DNA of 64,000 nt, taken from positions 32,001 to 96,000 of the forward strand of contig CAWBMV010000006.1 of assembly GCA_963789955.1 (NCBI GenBank). Reading direction: 5' to 3'. Made by a program: the position numbers and the translations under genes. The notes under the pieces were generated by a model. That model worked only from the letters and a program-made list of their open reading frames with translations, had not been told where the DNA came from and did no database searches. This document shows positions 52,982 through 64,000 of the stretch, one piece after another (the first letter of the stretch is position 1; each line of letters begins with the position of its first letter). The DNA is from an uncultured Candidatus Rokubacteria bacterium (GTDB lineage Bacteria > Methylomirabilota > Methylomirabilia > Rokubacteriales > CSP1-6).

Positions 52982-53551
52982 TCCGGGAGCTTCGCGACGC
53001 GGTCGATGACTCTGACCGCGATCTGGCCGGCTCGGTTGCGGACGGTCAGATCGTGGGCCAGGGCACCGCGCGCGGATACCACGGGCGGAAGCGAAGCCAG
53101 AAGTGAAGCCCGATACAGGCATGAAGCCAGGCGAGCACGACCGTGATCGCCTGCCGAGCGCCGACCTCGGGCGCCTGCAGCCAGAGCGCCTGCAGCACGC
53201 GCGCATAGGGGTCGTCGGTGCGAAGCGCCACCAGGCGATTCGAGTTCCGACGACGTGCGAGATGAGCAACGCGGGCAGGAGCAGGCCGAGCGCGTACTGG
53301 GTGGCCTCCCAGAGCGGCATGCGAGCGTCCGCCGGTCGTAGAGCAGCCACAGCGCCAGGATCCCGTGCACGGTGATCGCGCCGTAGAGCGCGAGCGTGCC
53401 CGGCGCGCTGCGCCACAGCGCGAGGAACCACCAGCGCCCGGTTTCCATCGCGTTCAGCGAGACGAGCCCGAGCGCGTGGTTGATGAAGTGGAGAACGAGG
53501 TACGTGAGCAGGACGAACGCCGCCCCGAGCCGCAGGCGGCGTACGCCGCAT
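52957..53551 (-). pseudogene. Internally deleted heme-b membrane-anchored adenylate cyclase (CyaC-like) remnant
   Basis: Reassembled sequence RRLRLGAAFVLLTYLVLHFINHALGLVSL..HGILAL..LISHVVGTR..AWLHACIGLHFWLRFRPWY, followed at once by HDLTVRNRAGQIAVRVID. Confidence 0.6.
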
Positions 53552-54930
53552 CACACCTTCGGCACGCTCTTGAGCGCTTCGTCGACCTTCGCGGCCGGGT
53601 ACTCGTAGTCCTGGAGCTTACCGCTCAGGTGCGCTTCGTAGGCCCCGAGGTCGAAGTGCCCGTGTCCGGACAGGTTGAAGACAATCGTCCGGCGCTTGCC
53701 GTCACGCTTGCAGCGCTGGGCCTCGTCGATCGCCACGCGAATCGCGTGCGCCGACTCGGGCGCCGGGATGATGCCCTCGGTCCGCGCGAACTGCACCGCG
53801 GCCTCGAACGTCGCGAGCTGCGGGACCGCCTGGGCCTCGATCACGCCCTCGTCGTAGAGCTTGCAGACCAGCGGCGCCATGCCGTGGTAGCGGAGCCCGC
53901 CGGCGTGGAACGGCGCCGGGATGAACGTGTGACCGAGCGTGTGCATCTTCACCAGCGGTGTCAGGCCGACCGTGTCGCCGAAGTCGTAGACGTACTTGCC
54001 CTTGGTCAGGCTCGGGCAGGCAGCCGGCTCGACGGCGATGATTCGCACCTTCTTGTTCTTGCCGGTGAGCTTGTCGGCCGCGAAGGGGAAGGACAGGCCG
54101 GCGAAGTTCGAGCCGCCGCCGGCGCAGCCGATGACGATGTCCGCCGAATCGTCGGCTTTCTCCAGCTGCTTCTTCGTCTCTTGCCCGATCACGGTCTGGT
54201 GCATGAGGACGTGATTCAGCACGCTGCCGAGCGAGTACTTCGTGTCGTCGCGGGTGGCCGCGTCCTCGACGGCCTCGCTGATCGCGATGCCGAGCGAGCC
54301 GGGTGAATTCGGATCCTGCTCGAGGACTTTCTTGCCGGATTGCGTGTCGGGGCTCGGGCTCGCGACCACCTGCGCGCCCCAGGTCTCCATCATGATCCGG
54401 CGGTACGGCTTCTGCTGATACGACACCTTCACCATGTAGACCTTGCACTGAAGCCCGAACATCTGGCAGGCGAGCGAGAGGGCGGAGCCCCACTGGCCGG
54501 CGCCGGTCTCGGTGCTGAGCCGCGTGACCTTTTCCTTCTTGTTGTAGTAGGCCTGCGCCACGGCGGTGTTCGGCTTGTGGCTGCCGGCCGGGCTCACGCC
54601 TTCGTACTTGTAGTAGATGTGGGCCGGGGTGCCGAGCGCCTTCTCGAGGCGGCGCGCGCGATAGAGCGGAGACGGCCGCCACAGGCGATAGACGTTGCGG
54701 ACCTCGTCGGGGATCTCGATCCACCGCTCCTGGCTGACCTCCTGCTTGATCAGCTCCATCGGGAAGAGCGGGGCCAGGTCTTGCGGGCCGATCGGCTGCT
54801 TGGTCCCGGGGTGCAGCACCGGCGGCGCGGGTGTCTTGAAGTCGGCCTGGATGTTGTACCACTTGGTCGGAATGTCCTTCTCGTCGAGCGTGAACTTCGT
54901 GCGATTCCGGTCGTTCGCTTTGGTGGCCAT
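53551..54930 (-). CDS. trpB2: TrpB-like PLP enzyme (tryptophan synthase beta chain 2)
   Basis: [46 protein letters not shown] and NLSGHG. Confidence 0.93.
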   Translation of the reverse strand: MATKANDRNRTKFTLDEKDIPTKWYNIQADFKTPAPPVLHPGTKQPIGPQDLAPLFPMELIKQEVSQERWIEIPDEVRNVYRLWRPSPLYRARRLEKALGTPAHIYYKYEGVSPAGSHKPNTAVAQAYYNKKEKVTRLSTETGAGQWGSALSLACQMFGLQCKVYMVKVSYQQKPYRRIMMETWGAQVVASPSPDTQSGKKVLEQDPNSPGSLGIAISEAVEDAATRDDTKYSLGSVLNHVLMHQTVIGQETKKQLEKADDSADIVIGCAGGGSNFAGLSFPFAADKLTGKNKKVRIIAVEPAACPSLTKGKYVYDFGDTVGLTPLVKMHTLGHTFIPAPFHAGGLRYHGMAPLVCKLYDEGVIEAQAVPQLATFEAAVQFARTEGIIPAPESAHAIRVAIDEAQRCKRDGKRRTIVFNLSGHGHFDLGAYEAHLSGKLQDYEYPAAKVDEALKSVPKV

Positions 54931-55031
54931 GCCGACCTCCTTCGGAGGGAACCCCGTGAAAAGTGGGCTAACCATATACAACCGGGAGCGAGCCTGTCAA
55001 TGCGAGGGCCGTGGAGTAAACTAATGAAGCC

Positions 55032-56198
55032 ATGCCCACCACCCTCAAGCTGCCGCGTCGCGACGGCTTGCTGACGCCGTACACGCTCACGGGCCGCGCG
55101 CCGGTTTCACCGCCGCCCGGTCCGATCAAGAGCCGCATCGGCATGGCCGCCGTCCACGTCGTCGCCGATCCGCTCGCGCCGGTCAATCCGACGCTCGAGG
55201 TGGCGCTCGACTGGGACGCGACCCTGCGCTATCGCCATCACATCTGGTCGCTCGGCCTGGCCGTCGCCGAGGCGATGGACACCTCGCAGCGCGGCATGGG
55301 GTTCGACTGGCGCACCGCGAAGGAGCTGATCCGGCGCACGGTCGCCGAGGCGAAGACGGTTCCGGGCGCCGTGCTGGCGTCGGGGGCGGGCACCGATCAC
55401 CTCGAGCCCGGGCCCCGCGTGACGATCGCCGACGTCGAGGCCGCGTACGAGGAGCAGTGCGCGTGGATCGAGGGCTGCGGCGGCCGGATCATCCTGATGG
55501 CGAGCCGCGCGCTGGCCGCCTGCGCGAAGGAGCCCGGCGACTACCTGAAGGTGTACGGACGCATCCTCTCGCAGGTGCGCGAGCCGGTGATCATCCACTG
55601 GCTCGGCGAGATGTTCGACCCCGCGCTCGAGGGCTACTGGGGCTCGCGCGACCTCGACCAGGCGACCGAGACCTTGCTGACGATCGTGAAGGAGCACGCC
55701 TCACACATCGACGGCGTCAAGATCTCGCTCCTGGATCAGGCTCGCGAGGTCGCGATGCGCAAGCGGTTCCCGGCGAACGTGCGCATGTACACCGGGGACG
55801 ACTTCGACTACCCGACCACGATCCGCGGCGACGGTGACCGCCATTCGGACGCCCTGCTCGGGATCTTCGACGTCATCGCGCCGGCCGCCTCGGCGGCGCT
55901 CAAGGCGCTGGACGCCGGCGACCTCGCCCGCTACGCCGACGTGCTGGCGCCGACCCTCACGCTCTCGCGCCTGATCTTCGGCGCGCCCACGCGCTTCTAC
56001 AAGACGGGCGTGGTGTTCGCCGCCTACCTGAACGGCCACCAGTCGCACTTCCGGATGGTCGGCGGGCAGGAGAGCGCGCGCTCGCTCGTGCATCTGTCCG
56101 AACAGTTCGTGCTGATGGATCGCGCCGGTCTGCTGCGCGACCCCGACTTCGCCACCACGCGCATGCGCCGCGTGCTCGCCGTCGCCGGCGTCGAGTAG
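55032..56198 (+). CDS. DUF993 (dihydrodipicolinate synthase-like) family protein
   Basis: HVVADPL, AEAMDTSQRGMG, GAGTDHL, HWLGEMFDP, KISLLD and YTGDDF. Confidence 0.85.
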   Translation: MPTTLKLPRRDGLLTPYTLTGRAPVSPPPGPIKSRIGMAAVHVVADPLAPVNPTLEVALDWDATLRYRHHIWSLGLAVAEAMDTSQRGMGFDWRTAKELIRRTVAEAKTVPGAVLASGAGTDHLEPGPRVTIADVEAAYEEQCAWIEGCGGRIILMASRALAACAKEPGDYLKVYGRILSQVREPVIIHWLGEMFDPALEGYWGSRDLDQATETLLTIVKEHASHIDGVKISLLDQAREVAMRKRFPANVRMYTGDDFDYPTTIRGDGDRHSDALLGIFDVIAPAASAALKALDAGDLARYADVLAPTLTLSRLIFGAPTRFYKTGVVFAAYLNGHQSHFRMVGGQESARSLVHLSEQFVLMDRAGLLRDPDFATTRMRRVLAVAGVE

Positions 56199-56209
56199 CG
56201 CCGGACGAC

Positions 56210-57743
56210 CTAGCGAATCTCTCCGACGACCCGCACACGCACCCGCAGAGAGTTCCCGGGCAGGTAGGCCAGCGGCAGGTCTTCGACCTCGACCGTCGTC
56301 AAGGTCCTCGGGTCGGCGCCGGCGTTCGCGGCCTGAGCCTCGGCCAGCTCGCGGGCCCGCGCGATCGCCTCGTCGCGTGAGAGATCCTGGAAGATGCGGT
56401 CGACCTCGCCGCTGACCTGGGCGATCGCGGCGCCGACGGCGTTCGCGACCGCCTGGTGCTCGACGTGAATCACCTCGGAGATGCCGGAGATCCGCTCCGG
56501 GACGAGAAAACATCCGCCGCCGACGGCGATCAGCGGCTCGTCACCCGCGTCGGTCTTCATCCGATCCACACCTTCCTCGATCATCGCGTGCATCGCGCGC
56601 GATGGCGCCGGTCACGAGGTCGCCCGGCAGTGATTCGACGCGACGCCGGTCGCCGAGGTCGATGAGTCCGGCGGCCACCGCGATGTCGGTGGCCGTGAGC
56701 TCGTTGCCGCCGAACACGAGCCCTTCCTCGACCAGACGATAGCCGACGCTTCGCGGGCCGACCGACAGCGGGCGACCGCGTGACGAGCGAGCCGCCGCCG
56801 AGACCGATCGAGAGCAGGTCCGGCATGCGGAAGAGCGTCCGCACGCCGCCGATCTCGACGACGTTGTTGGCCTCGCGCGGAAAGCCGTGGCGCAGGCTGC
56901 CGATGTCGGTCGTCGTCCCGCCGACGTCGATCACGAGCGCGTCCGTCAGCTTCGACAGGAACGCGGCTCCGCGCATGCTGTTCGTCGGGCCCGAGGCGAA
57001 GCCGTAGACCGGAAACGCCTCGGCGACCGACGCCAGCATCACGGTCCCGTCGTTCTGCGTCAGGTAGAGCGGCGCGCGGATGCCGCTGGCGGCGAGCGCG
57101 TCCTGGAACGCTCCGGTGGTCGTGCGGGCCAGCCCGACGAGCGCGGCGTTGAGCAGGGTGGCGTTCTCGCGCTCGAGGAGGCCGATCCGCCCGAGCTGAT
57201 GCGACATCGTCACCGCCACGTCGGGGCACTCGTGTCGCACGATGGTCGCGGCCTCGAGCTCGCAGGCCGCGTTGAGCGGCGAGAAGACCGACGCGATGCC
57301 GACCGACGTCAGGCCGGCGTGCACGGATTCGGCGCGCGGCGGCACGCATACCGGCGATATCGAGCGGAACCAGCGGGCGGCCGTCGAACTCGTGGCCGCC
57401 CTCCAGCATGACGACCTCGCCGCGGACGAGCGCCGCCAGATCCTCGGGCCAGTCGATGAACGGCTCGAGCGAGGCGCCCGACGGCAGCCCGATCCGTATC
57501 GCGGCGACCCGCGTGAGGTCGCGCCGCTGGACGACCGCATTGGTGAAGTGGGTGGTCCCGATCATCACCGCGTCGACCGACGCCGGGGCTCCGGCCTGCG
57601 AGCAGCTTGCGGAGAGCGTCGGTGACGCCCGACGTCACGTCACGGGTCGTCGGTGTCTTGACCGCGTGTACGACCCGGGTGTCTTCGAGCAGCACGGCGT
57701 CGGTGTTCGTGCCGCCGACGTCGATGCCGATGCGCCGCTTCAC
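56210..57743 (-). CDS. Hydantoinase/oxoprolinase family protein; several frameshifts
   Basis: IGIDVGGTNTDAV, IGTTHFTNA, LLERENA, SGPTNSMRGA, DVGGTTTD and ANAVGAA. Confidence 0.88.
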
Positions 57744-57759
57744 GAAGCGAGGCTCGTCG

Positions 57760-58840
57760 TCACGAGAAGACGCTCTGGAACTCGAGGTCGTAGCCGAAGG
57801 CGCGGGGCCCGACGTGCTCGAGCCCCTTCGGCGTCAGCAGCACCGGCGGCGCCGGGAGGGCGATCACGCTGACGCGCTGGCCGTAGCGCAGAGGTCTCCG
57901 TCCCGATCGCGTCACCCGAGACGCTGTCCAGGACGCAGATGAGATCGGGTGTCATCACGCGAGGCCGGCCGTCGAGCCAGCCGACCGCGAACTCGTTCTG
58001 GAAGGCGAGCTCGAAGGAGGCGCCGCGAAAGTCGTCGAGGCCGTCGAGCTTGGCGGTGCCGCGCAAGAAGCCTTCGGTGGTGCGGCGGGCGACGTCGCGG
58101 ATCTTGCCGCGGAAGAGCAGCCGGCCGCGCTCGGCTTCGATCAGGGCCTGAACGGGATCCTGATGGCGGCGGCGGGCCTCCTGCACGGTCTGGCCGAGCC
58201 GGATCGCCTTGGTCGTCGAGTAGAGGATGCCGCACTCCTTCACTTCTTTCCCCGTGCGCGGCGCCTTGCAGGTCGACGCGATCGAGCCGACCTCGACGCA
58301 TGCCTTGCGCGAGAGACGCTCCATCCACTTCCAGGAGGCCGCGCGCGCGACGACGACCGCGTTGTCGCGCACGTCGGCCAGGGTGAGCGGGTACATCGTC
58401 AGGTCGTGGATCGCGAAGCTCGTCATCTGCGCCTCGGGGAAGGCGCGGCCCATGCAATCGGCGTCGACCACCGGAAGCCCGAGCTCGGCGGCGGCCATGA
58501 AGGGCTGGAGCGAGTTGCCTCCGCCGATCTCCAGGGACATGACCGCGTCGAATCGCACGCCGCGGTACTCCTCCATCATCCGCACCGCGAGCGCGATCGT
58601 CCGCGGGTCGGTCAGCCGCTCCTGGCCGACCAGCGGCGCGCCCATGTTGGAGACGACCGCCACGCGCGCGTCGTCCGCGAGGTCCATCGGGTCGAGCAAC
58701 GAGACGGAGACGCCCCGGCGGTAGAGCTTGCGCATGTTCAGGAGCGCCAGGTACGGACTCCCGCCGCCACCGGTGCCGAGGATCCAGGCGCCGATGGCGA
58801 GCGACTCGATCTCGGCCGCGGAGACGGGGCGAAGGGCCAT
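57760..58840 (-). CDS. DUF917 family protein; frameshift near 57895
   Basis: LGTGGGGSP, MGAP, EIGGGN, VDADCMGRAFPE, FQNE and PDLICVLD. Confidence 0.88.
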
Positions 58841-58892
58841 CGGAAGCGTATGTTATCCTCCCGCCATCGCGATGCAAACCAGGAGGTCGAGC

Positions 58893-60468
58893 GTGGGCGA
58901 ACGTGTGTTCCTGACAGCGGTGCTCGCGGTGCTGGTCGCGATGTCGCCGGCGGCCGCCTTCGAGCGGGCCGGCGACCGGAAGATCCTCGTGTGCGCCGGC
59001 CGCCAGGAAGTCCCGACGATCGATCCGAGCGTCAAGTACGACTGGTCGATCCGCATGGCGCAGCAGTCGCTCTACGACGCGCTCGTGAAGTACGTCGGCA
59101 ACCCGCCGGAGATCGTGCCCTGGCTCGCCGAGAAGTGGGAGAGCTCGCCCGACGCCAAGACCTGGACGTTCCATCTCGCGAAGAACGCGAAGTTCCACAA
59201 CGGTGATCCGGTGACCGCCGAGGCGGTGCGCTTCTCGTTCGCGCGCACGCTCAAGCTCAATCAGGGGCCGGCGTGGATGCTGTCGGATTTCCTGAAAGAG
59301 GACGGCATCAAGGTCGTCAACGAGTCGACGATCCAGTTCAACCTGACGCAGTCCGTACGCGCCGTTCCTGTCGTTCCTGCCGTGGTGGTACGTGATGAAT
59401 CCCAAGCAGGTGATGGCGAACGAGCAGGCGGGCGACATGGGCCAGAAGTGGCTCACGACCAACGCCGCCGGCAGCGGGCCGTTCAAGATCAAGCGCTGGG
59501 AGCAGGGGGTGCTCTACGAGCTCGAGGCCGTCGACGGCTACTGGAAGGGCTGGCCGTCGAAGGATCATATCAGCGGCGTCATCTACAAGATCGTGCGCGA
59601 GTCGGCCGCCCAGCGCGCCGCGTTGATTCGCGCCGAGGCCGACATCGTCGAAGGGCTCTCGAGCGACGACTTCGACCAGGTCGCGAAGATGCCGGGCATC
59701 GCGGTTCCGAACTTCCCGGGCATGACGACCTTCGGCATCAAGATGAACACGCAGAACGGCGCCACGAAGGACGTCAACCTCCGCAAGGCCGTCTGCTACG
59801 CGTTCGACTACGAGACGCTGGTCAAGATCTACAACGGCAACGCCGTGCTCCAGACGAGCCCGTTCCCGAACGCGACGCGCGGCTTCGTCGCGGTACCCGG
59901 GATCTATCGCCAGGACCTCGGGAAGGCCAAGGAGTTCCTGGCCAAGTCGGCGTACCCGAACGGCGGGCTCGAGCTCGAGTACGTCTACGTTCAGGGCCTC
60001 GAGGAGGAGCGCAAGATGGGGCTCGTTCTCATCGACAACCTCCAGAAGCTCAACATCACGGTGAAGATGGTCCCGCTGATCTGGCCGAACATGGTCGGGC
60101 GCGGCGCCAAGCCGGAGACGTCACCCGAGCTGATGGCCGTCTTCGCCACGCCCGTCTCGACCGATCCCGACGCGGTCGCGTACCAGTACCACAAGAATTC
60201 CTGGGGCAAGTACTACGGCTCGTCCTACTACGCCAACGACGCGGTGTGGGCGCTGATCGACAAGGCGCGGACCATCGCGCGGTGGGAGGAGCGGGCGCCC
60301 CTCTACGCGGACATCCAGCGGAAGATCGTCGCCGACGCCCCGGAGATCTTCGGGATGCTGGCGAACCGCCGCTGGGCGATGCGCGATCACGTGAAGGGCT
60401 TCGTCTTCAGCCCGGTGCGCTTCACCGGCGAGATCGACCTCTACCCGCTCGCGATCGCCGCCAAGTAG
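58893..60468 (+). CDS. Peptide/nickel-type ABC transporter substrate-binding protein; frameshift near 59350
   Basis: TIDP, LYDALV, PWLAEKWE..WTFHL..KFHNGDPVTAEAV, GSGPF and LRKAVCYAFD. Confidence 0.9.
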
Positions 60469-60470
60469 GC

Positions 60471-61487
60471 TTGCTCGGCTACCTCGCCCGGCGCTTCCTC
60501 CTGCTGGGCCTCATGCTGTTTGGCCTGCTCTGCATCACGTTCGTCATCTCGCACGTCGCGCCCGGCGACCCGGCGCGGCTCGCCGCCGGGCCCGACGCGA
60601 CGGCGTCGATGGTCGAGACCCTCCGCGTCCAGTACGGGCTCGATCGGCCGCTCCTCGTCCAGTTCGGACAGTATCTGCGTGGAGTTCTGGGCGGCGACCT
60701 AGGACGCTCCTTGAGGACTCGCGAGACCGTGGCCTCGGATCTCGCACGATATTTTCCGAACACGTTCGAGCTCGTGACGGGCGCCATGCTCCTCGCGGTC
60801 GGGCTCGGCATCCCGCTGGGCATTCTCTCGGCGGTCTATCGCGATACCTGGGTCGACCAGCTCACCCGAGTCGTCTCGGTCTCGGGCATCGCGATCCCGG
60901 CGTTCTGGCTCGGGCTGATGCTGCAGCTCCTACTGGCGCTCCAGCTCGGGCTCTTGCCGCTCGGCGGGCGTCTCGGCTTGATGGCGACACCTCCGGCGCC
61001 GGTGACGCACCTGCTGGTCGTCGACGCGATCCTGGGAGGCCAGTGGCGGGTCCTCGGCGACGCGCTGGCCCATGCGGTCCTGCCGACCGTGACCCTGTGC
61101 TTCCCGGCGCTCGCCTCGATCGTGCGGGTCAACCGCGCCGAGATGCTCGAGACCTTGAAGCAGGACTACATCGTCAACGCGCGCGCCCAGGGCGTGTCCG
61201 AGGTCCGCATCGTCGCCAGGTACGCCCTGAAGAACGCGATGATCCCAACCCTGGCGATGATCGGGCTGCGCTACGGCTGGATGCTCGGGGGGACCGTGCT
61301 CGTCGAGACCGTGTTCGACTGGCCGGGCATCGGTCTCTACGCCGTCGCCTCGGCCGTGTCGTCGGACTTCCAGCCGATCATGGGCGTCACCCTGCTGATC
61401 GGCCTCAACTTCATGCTGGCCAACTTCCTCGTCGACCTCGCCTACGGCTGGCTCGACCCGCGGGTCCGGCCGAGCCTGTCGACGTGA
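60471..61487 (+). CDS. Peptide ABC transporter permease (DppB-like)
   Basis: YLARRFLL, PGDPA, GDLGRS, DYIVNARAQG and VETVFDWPGIG. Confidence 0.92.
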   Translation: MLGYLARRFLLLGLMLFGLLCITFVISHVAPGDPARLAAGPDATASMVETLRVQYGLDRPLLVQFGQYLRGVLGGDLGRSLRTRETVASDLARYFPNTFELVTGAMLLAVGLGIPLGILSAVYRDTWVDQLTRVVSVSGIAIPAFWLGLMLQLLLALQLGLLPLGGRLGLMATPPAPVTHLLVVDAILGGQWRVLGDALAHAVLPTVTLCFPALASIVRVNRAEMLETLKQDYIVNARAQGVSEVRIVARYALKNAMIPTLAMIGLRYGWMLGGTVLVETVFDWPGIGLYAVASAVSSDFQPIMGVTLLIGLNFMLANFLVDLAYGWLDPRVRPSLST

Positions 61488-61545
61488 TGGTAGTGCGAGC
61501 CGCAGGACTTCGCGGGGCTGGGGCCCCGCAGTCCGAGGCGAGCCG

Positions 61546-62460
61546 ATGAACATGGACCGCGCGGTTCCCTCGGGCTCGCTCTCGACGTGGCTGGCTGGCC
61601 ACCACGGGGCGTCGCGCGAGCTGCGGTTCTACGCGCGCGTGTTCGCGCGGAGCGCCGCGTCGCTGCTCGGTCTGGGCCTCGTGCTCGCGTTCCTCCTGAT
61701 GGCGGCGCTCGGTCCGTGGATCGTGCCCTATCCGGAGGACGCGCGCGGCGCGGTGCATCTCGACGAGAAGCTCAGGCCGCCGAGCGCGCGCCACTGGTTC
61801 GGCACGGACGAGGTCGGCACCGACATCTACACGCGCGTCGTCCTGGGCACCCGGGTCTCGCTTCAGATCGGCCTGATCATCACCTTGCTGGCCGCCGCGA
61901 TCGGGGTGCCGCTCGGCATCGTCGCGGGCTATGTCGGCGGCCCGCTGGGCGAGACGATCATGCGGGTGACGGACATCTTCCTTTCGGTCCCGGCGCTCGT
62001 GCTGGCGCTAGCGATCGTCGGCGCCCTCGGCCCGGGCATCACCAACGTGATCGTCGCGCTCGGCCTGGTGTGGTGGCCGGGTTACGTGCGTCTCGTGCAG
62101 AGCAAGACGCTCGCGCTCAAGGGGCAGGTGTTCGTCGAGGCCGCGCGCGCCGTGGGAACCGGCCGGCTCCGGATCGTCTTCGTCCACATCCTGCCGAACT
62201 GTGTGTCACCGATCACGGTCAAGGCGAGCATGGACATGGGGTCGGCGATTCTCGCGGCCGCCGGGCTCGGCTTCATCGGCCTCGGCGCCCAGCCGCCGTA
62301 TCCGGAGTGGGGCGCGATGATCAGCCACGGGCGAAACTACCTGCCGACCTGGTGGTGGTATTCGGCGTTCCCCGGTATCTTCATCTATCTCACGGTGCTC
62401 GGCTTCAATCTGCTCGGGGACGGACTGCGCGACATCCTCGACCCGCAGAGTCGAGGGTAG
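61546..62460 (+). CDS. Peptide ABC transporter permease (DppC-like)
   Basis: HWFGTDEVG, FVEAARAVG, HILPN and LGFIGLG..PEWG. Confidence 0.92.
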   Translation: MNMDRAVPSGSLSTWLAGHHGASRELRFYARVFARSAASLLGLGLVLAFLLMAALGPWIVPYPEDARGAVHLDEKLRPPSARHWFGTDEVGTDIYTRVVLGTRVSLQIGLIITLLAAAIGVPLGIVAGYVGGPLGETIMRVTDIFLSVPALVLALAIVGALGPGITNVIVALGLVWWPGYVRLVQSKTLALKGQVFVEAARAVGTGRLRIVFVHILPNCVSPITVKASMDMGSAILAAAGLGFIGLGAQPPYPEWGAMISHGRNYLPTWWWYSAFPGIFIYLTVLGFNLLGDGLRDILDPQSRG

Positions 62461-62469
62461 GGCGGCGAC

Positions 62470-63153
62470 CTAGACGCCGCACGCCTCGGCGACGACGCGC
62501 GCGACGAGGAGATTCGCGAGGAGCACGGGCGCGCCCGTGAGCCGCTGGAGCTCGTCGCGCGTCTTGCGCCTGAATCCCATGCAATCCAGGGCGACGAGCC
62601 CGGCGTGCGCGGCCCGAAGCGCTTCCCCCGTGCGCGCGACCTCCGCCGGGTCTTCCTCCTCGTACGGCGAAAGCGGTACGACGACCGGATCGAACCCGTC
62701 GGCGCGCCACCGCGCTTCGGTCTGCGGCACGTGCTGGACGGACGGGGTGACGATGCCGAGGCAGCCCGGCCAGCGGAGCGCGCGCAGCACGCCGAGGAGC
62801 ACCTGGTGCGGCAGCACGAGGAGCCGCGACGCCTCGAGCGCGGGGAACGCGCCCGTGCAGAGAAGCGCCGTCATCGTGACGCCCGTCCGCTCGAGCTCAC
62901 GGATCGCGGCCTGGACGCGGGCGACGATGTGGCGCTTGGCCACGAAGGCCGGCGTGCCGTCGGCAAGCCGCGTGACGAGGATGTCGTCCCCGGGCCCAGG
63001 GGCCAGCGCGGCGATCTCGGCACGCCCGAGGCCGTCGAGCGCACCGCGCTCCCTCACGGTCACGGCGGGCCCGAGGATCGCTTCCATGTCGGGCACGACG
63101 TCGACGCGCGGCGACTGACCGATCGTGACGAGGCCGACGATCGGTCCCTTCAC
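62470..63153 (-). CDS. AroM family protein
   Basis: VTIGQSPRVD, GALDGL, LVTRLADG, LCTGAFP, SPY and LDCMGF. Confidence 0.85.
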   Translation of the reverse strand: MKGPIVGLVTIGQSPRVDVVPDMEAILGPAVTVRERGALDGLGRAEIAALAPGPGDDILVTRLADGTPAFVAKRHIVARVQAAIRELERTGVTMTALLCTGAFPALEASRLLVLPHQVLLGVLRALRWPGCLGIVTPSVQHVPQTEARWRADGFDPVVVPLSPYEEEDPAEVARTGEALRAAHAGLVALDCMGFRRKTRDELQRLTGAPVLLANLLVARVVAEACGV

Positions 63154-63686
63154 AGTACGTGCAGCCAGGGGCGGGTCGTGAGCCCGTCGGGCTTCCAGAA
63201 GCCGGTTTCGGCGAACCATCGGAGCGCCTCGTCGGCGTCGGCGGTCTTCACGATCGCCAGGGTCTTGCCGTCCTCGAAGAAGCCGCCGAAGGCGAGCCGG
63301 CCGGCGCCCCGCATCTCGATCAGCGCGAACTGCGCCATGTCGTGCTGCGCCGTCGGGCCTTCGACGATCGTCGCGCGACGGGTCCCGTCGAGGACGACCG
63401 GCACCATCTCCCAGGGCTCGACGAACTGGCTGAAGCTCTTCGGCTCGTAGCGGGTCCACACGCCGCCCATCCAGTACGGATCTTCTTCGATCGCGAACTT
63501 GAGCTGGGCCGGCTGCTGCAGCCGATAGAAGAGGTCGGCGGTGCGCAGGTCGGCCGACGGCCCGCCGCCGATCAGGATGCCGTTGGCGCGCAGCCCCTGG
63601 AGGCGCTCGATGTGGTCGCGGCGGTGGGCCTCGCGCCGGGTCAGATAGTCGTCGGCCGCCGTGAGAGCGATATGAAAGACGATCAC
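63150..63686 (-). CDS. YciI-like protein, probably two tandem YCII-like domains
   Basis: RREAHRRDHIERL..GGGP..EDPYW, with a second half containing GRLAFGG. Confidence 0.65.
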   Translation of the reverse strand: MIVFHIALTAADDYLTRREAHRRDHIERLQGLRANGILIGGGPSADLRTADLFYRLQQPAQLKFAIEEDPYWMGGVWTRYEPKSFSQFVEPWEMVPVVLDGTRRATIVEGPTAQHDMAQFALIEMRGAGRLAFGGFFEDGKTLAIVKTADADEALRWFAETGFWKPDGLTTRPWLHVL

Positions 63687-63750
63687 GCCTTCCTCCGTTC
63701 AAGGGCGCCAGAACCCTGGCGCCTGACGCCCCGTGTTACTGTGTCACGAG

Positions 63751-64000
63751 ATGGAGCTGCTCGAGCGATTCCGCTCGCGTTATCCGTTTCCGCTCGACGA
63801 CTTTCAGGTCGAAGCCATCCGCGCCATCGAAGCGGGCCAGTCCGTGATCGTCTCGGCACCCACGGGCGCCGGCAAGACCCTGGTCGCCGAGTTCGCCATC
63901 CACGCCGCCCTGGCCGCCGGCCGCCGCCTAGCGTACACGACTCCGCTCAAGGCGCTCTCGAACCAGAAATTCGCCGACTTCACCCGCGAGTTCGGCGCTG
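63751..64000 (+). CDS. DEAD/DEAH-box Ski2-like RNA helicase (HelY-like), 5' part only
   Basis: YPFPLDDFQ, SAPTGAGKT and YTTPLKALSNQKF. Confidence 0.9.
   Translation, partial: MELLERFRSRYPFPLDDFQVEAIRAIEAGQSVIVSAPTGAGKTLVAEFAIHAALAAGRRLAYTTPLKALSNQKFADFTREFGA

Noticed and set aside
54930..55030. Trp attenuator upstream of trpB2
   Set aside because: No Trp-rich leader or terminator; only a short CCTCC-GAA-GGAGG hairpin over the SD, too weak to call.
58728..61487. 919-aa SBP-permease fusion
   Set aside because: A frameshift near 59350 joins the SBP N-terminus to DppB through off-frame sequence; the SBP has its own stop at 60468.

Overview
A very GC-rich (about 70% by eye), gene-dense bacterial window with about 60 protein-coding genes. 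I saw no rRNA, tRNA, CRISPR array, prophage or intact transposase. Gene content resembles Ca. Rokubacteria/Methylomirabilota-type soil bacteria, but this taxonomy is inference only. Many recognisable genes are split by single frameshifts, most simply explained as long-read indel errors, so gene models were reassembled by hand and their boundaries are approximate. Main blocks: (1) 1-10.7 kb, two STAND-type NTPase-TPR signalling proteins, one a cyclase fusion and one a sigma-54 activator fusion divergent from a diiron enzyme gene with a -24/-12 promoter; (2) 11.5-18.5 kb, aromatic catabolism; (3) 18.5-28.3 kb, mixed catabolic and housekeeping genes; (4) 28.3-42.5 kb, a metal (Zn/Mn and Cu) uptake and trafficking island; (5) 42.5-55 kb, housekeeping genes; (6) 55-64 kb, a DUF917/hydantoinase/peptide-ABC/AroM cluster and the start of a HelY-like helicase. 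The best candidate for an undescribed system is in the metal island. Two outer-membrane transporter operons are each headed by a small His-rich membrane uORF ending in the ribosome-arrest motif RAPP. In both, sequence at or just after the RAPP codons can base-pair with the Shine-Dalgarno of the next gene. This suggests metal-responsive translational control of the CruR/CutF (DUF2946) type, with His motifs in place of CxxC. Three genes also appear to have lost their central parts by internal deletion.
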